Source: Microcystis aeruginosa NIES-843 (GTDB taxonomy: Bacteria; Cyanobacteriota; Cyanobacteriia; Cyanobacteriales; Microcystaceae). Taken from it: DNA of 32,000 bases. The notes under the pieces were generated by a model that saw only the letters and a program-made list of their open reading frames with translations, was not told the origin of the DNA and made no database searches. The DNA is taken from NCBI RefSeq assembly GCF_000010625.1, contig NC_010296.1, positions 3,450,001 through 3,482,000 of the forward strand, written 5' to 3'. The stretch's first letter is position 1. Each line of letters starts with the position of its first letter. Both the position numbers and the translations under genes were made by a program. Positions 1-6,773 of this stretch are shown piece by piece.

Positions 1-1233
1 CCCCAATTGCCCCTGCGGGAACAGGAACGAGTTAACTGGGATTTCTTCCTTAATTTGCCTAATCCAGACCGATTAAGCCTAAATCTCAATAAAATTAACC
101 ATCAGCAAATGCAGGAACCTCTCTTTGAGTTTTCCGGCGCTTGTGCCGGTTGTGGTGAGACTCCCTACGTTAAATTAGTCAGTCAGCTATTTGGCGATCG
201 CATGATAGTGGCTAATGCCACCGGTTGTTCATCTATCTACGGAGGTAATTTACCGACAACACCCTGGGCAGTTAACGCCGAAGGTCGCGGGCCGGCCTGG
301 TCGAATTCCCTCTTTGAAGATAATGCCGAATTTGGCTTAGGATTCCGAGTTTCCATCGATAAACAGGCAGAATTTGCCGCAGAACTCTTAGGAACCCTCG
401 CTAGTGAAATCGGAGAAAGTCTAGCGGCAGATATTCTCAATTGTCACCAAGTCGATGAAGCGGAAATTTACGAACAACGGCATCGGGTAGAGGCCTTAAA
501 ATCCCGTTTAGGGGAATTAACCCCGACCACGCAGGTGAAAATGTTGTTATCCGTGGCCGATTATCTGGTCAAGAAAAGCGTCTGGATTGTCGGGGGTGAC
601 GGTTGGGCCTACGACATCGGTTATGGTGGCTTAGATCACGTTTTAGCTAGTGGTCGCAATGTGAATATTTTGGTCATGGATACGGAAGTTTACTCGAATA
701 CGGGCGGCCAGGCCTCGAAAGCTACTCCTCGCGCCGCCGTAGCTAAATTTGCTTCTGGTGGCAAACCAGGACCGAAAAAAGACCTCGGTTTAATGGCCAT
801 GACCTACGGTAACGTCTATGTGGCCAGCGTGGCTATGGGGGCAAGAAACGAGCAAACTATCAAAGCTTTCCTAGAAGCGGAAGCTTACAACGGGCCATCG
901 TTAATTATCGCCTATTCTCACTGTATTGCTCACGGGATCAACATGACCACCGCCATGAACCATCAAAAAGAAGTGGTGGAAAGCGGTCGCTGGTTAATGT
1001 ACCGTTATCATCCCGATTTAGCTAAAGAAGGCAAAAATCCCCTACAATTGGACAGCCGTGCGCCTAAGCTTACCGTAGCGCAAACTCTCTACTCGGAGAA
1101 TCGCTTTAAGATGTTGGCCACCAGTAAGCCGGAGGAAGCTAAACGTCTGCTCAAAGAAGCACAAGCAGATGTGGATACGCGCTGGCAAATGTATCAGTAT
1201 TTAGCAGCAAAAGGTACAGGGAGCAACGAATAG
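1..1233 (+). CDS. nifJ: Pyruvate:ferredoxin/flavodoxin oxidoreductase, C-terminal ~410 aa (5' end lies outside the window)
   Basis: Frame is open to the window edge. Carries the CAGCGETPY cysteine motif and the GGDGWAYDIGYGGLDHV thiamine-PP binding motif typical of the PFOR C-terminal domain. Confidence 0.9.
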   Translation, partial: PQLPLREQERVNWDFFLNLPNPDRLSLNLNKINHQQMQEPLFEFSGACAGCGETPYVKLVSQLFGDRMIVANATGCSSIYGGNLPTTPWAVNAEGRGPAWSNSLFEDNAEFGLGFRVSIDKQAEFAAELLGTLASEIGESLAADILNCHQVDEAEIYEQRHRVEALKSRLGELTPTTQVKMLLSVADYLVKKSVWIVGGDGWAYDIGYGGLDHVLASGRNVNILVMDTEVYSNTGGQASKATPRAAVAKFASGGKPGPKKDLGLMAMTYGNVYVASVAMGARNEQTIKAFLEAEAYNGPSLIIAYSHCIAHGINMTTAMNHQKEVVESGRWLMYRYHPDLAKEGKNPLQLDSRAPKLTVAQTLYSENRFKMLATSKPEEAKRLLKEAQADVDTRWQMYQYLAAKGTGSNE

Positions 1234-1235
1234 TT

Positions 1236-2261
1236 ATGAATCTACACACTACCTACATGGGTTTACAATTGCGATCGCCGCTAGTTATCGGTGCGGCCGC
1301 ACCCTTGAGCGAGGATATCGACAATATCAAGAGAATGGAAGACTTTGGGGCCGCTGCCGTGGTTTTACACTCCTTTTTCGAGGAGCAGATTAAACACGAA
1401 AGACTGGCTCTACACCATCATTTTACCCACGGAGCCGAGAGTTTTGCGGAAGCTTTGACTTATTTTCCCGAACCGGAAGTTTTTCACGTTGGTTCCGACG
1501 AATATCTCAACCATATTCGCAAAGCCAAAGAAATGGTCGATATTCCGATTATTGCCAGTCTCAACGGTGAGACCTCTGGGGGATGGTTGGAGTATGCCAT
1601 TCAAATTCAACAAGCGGGCGCTGATGCTTTGGAGTTGAATGTTTATTATGTTCCCAACGACCTGGAATTAACCGGAAATCACGTCGAACAAAACTATATT
1701 GATATCCTCAAAATTGTCAAATCGGAGGTATCAATTCCCGTCTCGATGAAGTTAAGTCCCTACTTTAGCAATACGGCCAATATGGCTAAACAATTAGCGG
1801 AAGCGGGGGCCGATGGGTTGGTATTATTTAACCGTTTCTATCAGCCGGATATCGACTTAGAAACCTTGGATGTTCACCCCAATATTATCCTCAGTAATCC
1901 CCAAGCGATGCGTTTACCCCTGCGCTGGATTGCCATGCTTTACGGTCGTGTACCGACGGATTTTGCCGCTACCAGTGGTATTCATAACGCCATCGACGTG
2001 ATCAAAATGATGATGGTGGGGGCAAAAGTGACCATGTTAGTTAGTGTTTTATTACGCCACGGTTTGGAGGAAATTACCAAGATCGAACAGGGTTTATTGC
2101 ATTGGTTGGAAGAAAATGAGTACGAATCGATCGAGCAGTTAATTGGCAGTATGAGTCAAATGAATTGCCCCGATCCGACGGCTTTTGAACGGGTACAGTA
2201 CATGAAAGCCCTGCAAAGTTACGAACCTGTTTGGAAACGTTTTCAAACCACCAGCAAATAA
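1236..2261 (+). CDS. Dihydroorotate dehydrogenase-like (TIM-barrel flavoprotein) protein
   Basis: 341-aa ORF starting 3 nt after the nifJ stop. The N-terminus (TTYMGLQLRSPLVIGAAAPLSEDIDNIKRMEDFGAAAVVLHSFFEEQ) matches the DHOD-like family often linked to nifJ. Confidence 0.75.
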   Translation: MNLHTTYMGLQLRSPLVIGAAAPLSEDIDNIKRMEDFGAAAVVLHSFFEEQIKHERLALHHHFTHGAESFAEALTYFPEPEVFHVGSDEYLNHIRKAKEMVDIPIIASLNGETSGGWLEYAIQIQQAGADALELNVYYVPNDLELTGNHVEQNYIDILKIVKSEVSIPVSMKLSPYFSNTANMAKQLAEAGADGLVLFNRFYQPDIDLETLDVHPNIILSNPQAMRLPLRWIAMLYGRVPTDFAATSGIHNAIDVIKMMMVGAKVTMLVSVLLRHGLEEITKIEQGLLHWLEENEYESIEQLIGSMSQMNCPDPTAFERVQYMKALQSYEPVWKRFQTTSK

Positions 2262-2278
2262 AAGTGGGAAGCTTTTTT

Positions 2279-2334
2279 CAGTGATCAGTGAACAGTAATC
2301 AGTAATCAGTAATCAGTAATCAGTGAACTGAAAA
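2279..2334. repeat. Heptanucleotide tandem tract (CAGTGAT/CAGTAAT/CAGTGAA x7, then CTGAAAA)
   Basis: Read directly from the sequence. Inverse complement of the tract at 2534-2568. Confidence 0.9.
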
Positions 2335-2338
2335 CTTA

Positions 2339-2505
2339 AGTAGGTAGGCGTTAAAAATTATCAGACACCCCCCTTATCAAGGGGGGCAGGGGGGATCGGC
2401 ACCCCCCTTATCAAGGGGGATCCCCCCGCCTATCGGCACCCCCCTTATCAAGGGGGGCAGGGGGGATCGAACCTAAAATCGATTTTTAATTTAATTATAA
2501 CCAGC
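2339..2505. mobile_element. MITE-like element built of CCCCCCTTATCAAGGGGGG / GGGGGGATCGGCACCCCCC hairpins (167-bp copy)
   Basis: Near-identical 130-bp copy at 4776-4905. Flanked by AACTTA/TACTTA hexamers. No coding capacity. Confidence 0.8.
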
Positions 2506-2533
2506 TACTTAACTGAAAACTGAAAACTTACAT

Positions 2534-2568
2534 CTGATCACTGATAACTGATAACTGATAACTGACAA
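2534..2568. repeat. Heptanucleotide tandem tract (CTGATCA/CTGATAA x5), inverse of the 2279-2327 tract
   Basis: Read directly. Ends 9 nt before the AGGAGG Shine-Dalgarno of pfkA. Confidence 0.9.
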
Positions 2569-2590
2569 AAAAATCCAGGAGGATATAACC

Positions 2591-3799
2591 ATGAACGAGA
2601 ATCAAAAGAAAAAAATCGGCATTCTGACCAGTGGTGGCGATTGCCCGGGGTTAAATGCGGTAATTCGTGCCGTGGTGAAATCATCAAAACTAAAGGGTTG
2701 GGATGTGTACGGCATTCCCTACGGGACCGACGGTTTTATGCAGATTGCCGAGGGAAAATATCACCCCCAAGATTTGATCCTGACTCAGCATGGCTATAAC
2801 CTACCCGGGGTCTTGAAAGGATTAGACGTTTTGCAGTTTCTTAGTGGTAGTGTTTTGGGTTCTTTGAGCAAAGGACATCCCGAAAACCCAGAAATTGCCA
2901 CGAAAATCCTGCAAGGATACGAAATGCTGGGATTAGATGCCCTGATCGTCGTCGGGGGCGATGGGAGCATTGATATCATCTACGATCTCGCCCAGAAAGG
3001 CAACTGGAATATTATCGCGGTTCCCAAAACCATCGATAATGACGTTCCCTATACGGAATGGGCAGTCGGTTTTACCACTGCCGTGGATATCGTCACTCAA
3101 GCTTTGTATGATCTCACCTTTACCGCCGCTAGTCACGAAAGGGTGATGATTGTGCAGGTGATGGGTAGAGATGCCGGTCATTTAGCCCTTCATGCTGGGA
3201 TTGCCGGGGGGGCCGATGCGATTTTTATTCCCGAATTAACCCCTGCTCTCACTCCCGAAATTATCGACGGTTGTTGTCGTCATTTGGCAGAATTACGCGC
3301 TCAAGGTCGTAAATTCGCTCTCATTGTGATTTCTGAGGGTGTTAAAAACGAAGATAACCAAAAAGAGAAGTATATTGCCGATTATTTAGAAAAATTAATA
3401 TTTGACAAAACTCGCTCTTTGTGCGTTACCGATCCCGTCTTCTGTTATCTCAATTCCATGGATGTGCGGGCCATGTCTTTGGGACACCTGCAAAGAAGTC
3501 GTCCTCCTTTGGCCATGGATCGACTGTTAGCCACGGCTTTCGGCATTAAGGCCGTAGAATTAATCGAACAGGGTAAACTCGATCGCGTGGTGATTTGGCG
3601 CGGGGGACAAGTGCGTAGTTTGCCCCTGAAACCAGTGATCAAAATTATCAAACAATGTCATCAAGAGCATCGCTGTGCCTATCCCGTGGATCCTAATGGT
3701 TTTATCGTCAAAACAGCCCGTTCTTTGGGAATTTACCTAGGGGAAAATCCCACAACTGAGACGGCAGTAGTTCCGCAAGCTGTGGAGGTGTTGGTTTAG
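2591..3799 (+). CDS. pfkA: ATP-dependent 6-phosphofructokinase
   Basis: 402-aa ORF preceded by AGGAGG. Contains the PFK motifs [34 protein letters not shown] and [10 protein letters not shown]. Confidence 0.9.
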   Translation: MNENQKKKIGILTSGGDCPGLNAVIRAVVKSSKLKGWDVYGIPYGTDGFMQIAEGKYHPQDLILTQHGYNLPGVLKGLDVLQFLSGSVLGSLSKGHPENPEIATKILQGYEMLGLDALIVVGGDGSIDIIYDLAQKGNWNIIAVPKTIDNDVPYTEWAVGFTTAVDIVTQALYDLTFTAASHERVMIVQVMGRDAGHLALHAGIAGGADAIFIPELTPALTPEIIDGCCRHLAELRAQGRKFALIVISEGVKNEDNQKEKYIADYLEKLIFDKTRSLCVTDPVFCYLNSMDVRAMSLGHLQRSRPPLAMDRLLATAFGIKAVELIEQGKLDRVVIWRGGQVRSLPLKPVIKIIKQCHQEHRCAYPVDPNGFIVKTARSLGIYLGENPTTETAVVPQAVEVLV

Positions 3800-3807
3800 T
3801 TATAATA

Positions 3808-3845
3808 AAGCGAGAAGGGTTGCTCATACTTTCTCGCTTTGTTAA
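3808..3845 (+). terminator. Putative intrinsic terminator of pfkA
   Basis: Perfect 9-bp stem AAGCGAGAA...TTCTCGCTT with a 14-nt loop, 9 nt after the stop, followed by T-rich TGTTAATT. Confidence 0.5.
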
Positions 3846-3938
3846 TTGGTTAAGATTAGGTATTTCTTAACCCTACAATTACGAAAGATACTGACGGCTA
3901 CTGTCGAAATAAAGAAACTTTTTAAAAGAGTGTAATTA

Positions 3939-4132
3939 GGGCTTGCTGAATAAATGTGAAATATAGACGAGGTAAGGGTTTTAGGGGCCTATTTTGCGAA
4001 ACAGGTGCAAGATTTTGAGAGAATCGTGGTTGAAAACCTTGCATCTTCGGGGCGAAGCATTCGGGCATAACCTATCGCTGAAACCGTAGATTTCCTATCC
4101 GAATGCTTCGCCCCTACTTTTTCAGCCAGCCC
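3939..4132. mobile_element. MITE (194 bp) with GGGCTTGCTGAA...TTCAGCCAGCCC terminal inverted repeats and TAATTA target duplication
   Basis: TAATTA is present at 3933-3938 and 4133-4138. The TIRs are shared with the 212-bp MITE family at 6249, 15683 and 30366. Internal 16-bp stem GGGGCGAAGCATTCGG/CCGAATGCTTCGCCCC. Confidence 0.8.
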
Positions 4133-4235
4133 TAATTAATTTTCTGAGCATAAACTTTTATTATTATAAACCCGAACTGTATATCCTTCTCAACCCGACG
4201 AATCAAATTCTTTTCTGTCAAATTTGTGGCTTTTC

Positions 4236-4516
4236 TCGCGAAACAGGTGCAAGATTTTGAGAGAATCGTCGTTCAAAACCTTGCGTCTTCATCGGCCCGC
4301 GTCCTGTAGGGGCGAAGCATTCGGGCAATAACCTATCGGTGAAACCAGAGATTTTCTATCCGAATGCTTCGCCCGTACTTTTTCAGCCAGCCCTAATTAA
4401 TTTTCTGAGCATAAACTTTTATTATCGGCCCGCGTCCTGTAGGGGCGAAGCATTCGGGCAATAACCTATCGGTGAAACCAGAGATTTTCTATCCGAATGC
4501 TTCGCCCGTACTTTTT
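4236..4516. repeat. Partial, rearranged copies of the 3939-4132 element, including a duplicated flank
   Basis: 4236-4425 repeats the right ~150 bp of the element plus its flank TAATTAATTTTCTGAGCATAAACTTTTATTAT. The ~93-bp block ATCGGCCCGCGTCCTGTAGGGGCGAAGC...GCCCGTACTTTT occurs twice (4291-4383, 4424-4516). Confidence 0.8.
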
Positions 4517-4618
4517 GCCGCAAACCCTACATAAAGACTTCTACTATCAGTAATGAGGTTATAAAATTGAACTATTGGACAAGCTTCAATGAGATGTCTA
4601 ATCTCTTGAAAATAGTCA

Positions 4619-5045
4619 TTAATCAACAAATTCTATCTCCTCAATTTCTTCTTTGTCTTGCAGTAAAGCTTCTAGCATCCAAGCTTCTCCCATCCATTCA
4701 TCAAAGTCTAAGGTATGCTGCAATTCATTGTTTTCAAATCGTCTGAGAAATTCTTGTGTCTGCATTTGATACTTAAGTAGGTAGGCGTTAAAAATCATCA
4801 GACACCCCCCTTATCAAGGGGGGCAGGGGGGATCGGCACCCCCCTTATCAAGGGGGGCAGGGGGGATCGAACCTAAAATCCATTTTTAATTTAATTATAA
4901 CCAGCTACTTATTTTCAAAAAAAGTTATTCGTTCTTGAGTGTGCTTAATTCCTTCTTGAAGTTCTTGCAGTCTTTCGGTTAATGCGTCTTCAATAAATTT
5001 TTTTAAGGAGTTTAGATGCTTAGATTTAAGTTTTACTTCAGCCAT
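4619..5045 (-). pseudogene. Small helical protein gene (about 96 aa when repaired) split by a MITE insertion
   Basis: The 5' part (5045-4905) ends at a TAG supplied by the MITE. The 3' part (4765-4619) is in the same frame once 4776-4911 is removed. Its start overlaps the stop of the RHH gene (ATGGCTGAAGTAA). Confidence 0.6.
4776..4905. mobile_element. MITE-like element, 130-bp copy of the G6/C6-hairpin family
   Basis: Near-identical to 2339-2505 minus one 37-bp internal unit. Flanked by TACTTA at 4770-4775 and 4906-4911. Confidence 0.85.
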
Positions 5046-5260
5046 AATGCTTCCGAGTTGATAATCGCTGCTGTTTGCCATTCGTCAGTCCATCCTAATT
5101 CTAGTTCATCTACTGCTAAAAAAGCTTGGGCGAGTTCTTCTGCTTCTTGTTGTTGTCGCCATTGTTGTAAAATTGAGGCGATGAAAATGCTTTTATCTTC
5201 TACTTTCTGGTTTAGGTAATTAACCAGTTCATCGGGTAAAGAAATGGAGATTTTAGCCAT
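5033..5260 (-). CDS. Ribbon-helix-helix (CopG-like) putative antitoxin
   Basis: N-terminus MAKISISLPDELVNYLNQ is a typical RHH beta-strand/helix start. I chose the internal ATG at 5260; the track ORF extends to 5323. Confidence 0.55.
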   Translation of the reverse strand: MAKISISLPDELVNYLNQKVEDKSIFIASILQQWRQQQEAEELAQAFLAVDELELGWTDEWQTAAIINSEALWLK

Positions 5261-5346
5261 TGTTATCTCTTTGGCTATTTGATTCCAATGTCTATCGTAT
5301 CGTGAACTACTTTTCCTTGCCAACTAATTTTCCTTCACTATTAAAT

Positions 5347-5553
5347 TTAATTCTGCTTACTTCTAATCTCCTGAATATCTTGCCAAAAATCGGCTCTTGT
5401 CACATTTTTTAAGGTCTGTTGACGTTCTTGAGTATAGTCACCAAAACCCCATCCAGTATCTTGTAAAAAGCGAATAGCATCGACTTGTCCTAATTCTTTA
5501 ACTAATGCTTGATAGCCTTTTTGTCTTAGCTCAATTGGTGTCATTGTTTTCAT
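5347..5553 (-). CDS. Small conserved cyanobacterial protein, probable partner of the upstream PIN fragment
   Basis: 68-aa ORF overlapping the 3' end of the PIN fragment by 23 nt. No enzymatic motif recognised. Confidence 0.4.
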   Translation of the reverse strand: MKTMTPIELRQKGYQALVKELGQVDAIRFLQDTGWGFGDYTQERQQTLKNVTRADFWQDIQEIRSKQN

Positions 5554-5743
5554 CTCCTTGTAATAGCAAAGTTTCCATTAACCAAGTAACAGGATTATCT
5601 AATTTTACTTGCAATAATTTACTGTATTTTATGGCTTTTCTAAGTAATCTGTCATCGGTGGTTAGCAATACGTCTATCCTAGCATATTCGGCGGAAGCGA
5701 TATGAAAAGAATCATAAAGATCAAATCCTAAATATATAACCAA
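5531..5743 (-). pseudogene. PIN-domain (VapC-like) toxin, C-terminal fragment only
   Basis: DSFHIASAEYARIDVLLTTDDRLLRKA resembles the C-terminal acidic motif region of PIN nucleases. The ~70-80 N-terminal residues with the first catalytic Asp are absent, and hicA abuts at 5750. Confidence 0.5.
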
Positions 5744-5749
5744 TACTGT

Positions 5750-5965
5750 TTAACTGTTGTCCCATTCTTCATCACTAATACCCGCTTGTTTGAGAATTTC
5801 CTTAACTAAATCTGTAGAGATTTCTTGATTTCCATGAGGGTTAGGGATGCGAATTTTATGTTGACCCTTTTTCATAAATTGATGTTTACTACCAGAAAAA
5901 GGTCCTGTGTAACCTAAAGCTTTCAATTTTCTGATTAATTTTCTGCGAGAAATTGCTGATGGCAT
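5750..5965 (-). CDS. hicA: HicA-family mRNA interferase toxin
   Basis: 71 aa. The pattern RKLIRKLKALGYTGPFSGSKHQFMKKGQHKIRIPNPHGNQEISTDLVKEILKQAGIS matches the HicA dsRBD-like fold signature. Confidence 0.8.
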   Translation of the reverse strand: MPSAISRRKLIRKLKALGYTGPFSGSKHQFMKKGQHKIRIPNPHGNQEISTDLVKEILKQAGISDEEWDNS

Positions 5966-5967
5966 AA

Positions 5968-6216
5968 CTAAACTTCTGCAACTGTTGTAACTTTAATTTC
6001 TAATCCATCTATGATAGGTAAAGGGTCGCCATCTTGTAATTTTAAAATGATCCATTCTTCTAGAACTTCTAGTAAGTCTTGACGGCATTCTTCAACGGTC
6101 AATCCATTTCCCCAAACGCCTTGAAAGCCTTCTATTTCAGCAAACCAAGTACCGTCATTTAGCCTTTTGTATTGTGCTTTTTGTAAAGCTTTTTCACAAT
6201 AATTGAGTAAGATCAT
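5968..6216 (-). CDS. hicB: HicB-family antitoxin (N-terminal HicB fold only)
   Basis: 82 aa. Motif TWFAEIEGFQGVWGNGLTVEECRQDLLEVLEEWI. Stop lies 2 nt upstream of the hicA start. Confidence 0.7.
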   Translation of the reverse strand: MILLNYCEKALQKAQYKRLNDGTWFAEIEGFQGVWGNGLTVEECRQDLLEVLEEWIILKLQDGDPLPIIDGLEIKVTTVAEV

Positions 6217-6248
6217 TTTCTTCTCTAAATCTCCATAATATGTAACTA

Positions 6249-6460
6249 GGGTTTGCTGAAAAAGCTTTTCCTGGGGGCAGGGTGTGGGGTGTGGGGTGTG
6301 GGGTGTGGGGTTTTACCAGTTTTGAGGTGGTCAACTACCTAATTTTCAGGGAAAAAGTACCTGAATTTTCCCCCGATCCCCGCAATGGCTGGCACTTTTT
6401 GAGGGGAAAAAAGTCCAAAAGTCTTATCCAACAAGGTTTTTAGATTTATTCAGCAGACCC
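6249..6460 (+). mobile_element. 212-bp MITE, TIR GGGTTTGCTGAA...TTCAGCAGACCC, TAACTA target duplication
   Basis: TAACTA at 6243-6248 and 6461-6466. As far as I can read, identical to the copy at 15683-15894. Internal (GGGGTGT)n run. Confidence 0.9.
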
Positions 6461-6471
6461 TAACTATATTA

Positions 6472-6666
6472 TCACTTCTCCTCACCAATCCCATCACACA
6501 AATGTCTATCCTCCTCCTTAACGCCAGAATTAGGATTGTGCAAATAAACCCGCACCCAATCGCAACTACGCCCCATTAAAGCGTTTAAGTCCTGCATTGT
6601 CCTACAATCTTTCTGTATTGTCCTACAACTCTTCTGCATCGCCCTATAATCCTTCTGTATCCTCAC
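6472..6666 (-). pseudogene. Remnant of the 3' tail of a WD40/STAND gene, fused to 21-bp tandem repeats
   Basis: LMGRSCDWVRVYLHNPNSGVKEEDRHLCDGIGEEK parallels the C-terminal tail of the 962-aa protein (LMERSCDWVRVYLHNPNSDVREEDRGLCDGIGGK). About 110 bp of DNA similarity between 6478-6600 and 6790-6900. Confidence 0.65.
6596..6658. repeat. Three tandem 21-bp units (ATTGTCCTACAATCTTTCTGT and variants)
   Basis: Read directly. Units at 6596-6616, 6617-6637 and 6638-6658. Confidence 0.85.
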
Positions 6667-6773
6667 AAAGAAGTCTAAACCAAGATTAACGGGATTTTAG
6701 GATTAACTGGATTATTTACTTGGAAACTCCTGACAATCTTTTAAGATTGAGCATCCTGAAAATCCTCTAATCC

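Noticed and set aside
2360-2460. Regularly spaced palindromic repeats (also at 3990-4520) that superficially resemble a CRISPR array
   Set aside because: The sequences between the repeats are themselves repeated. The whole blocks recur elsewhere with target duplications (MITE behaviour), and no cas genes are present.
2452-2475. GGGGGGATCGAACC, reminiscent of a tRNA T-arm (GGTTCGAATCC)
   Set aside because: No acceptor stem, anticodon arm or D-arm can be built around it. It is part of the MITE consensus, present in both copies.
5016-5219. 67-aa plus-strand ORF
   Set aside because: It is antisense to the RHH gene and the start of the split gene, and its translation is Ser/Cys-rich and low-complexity.
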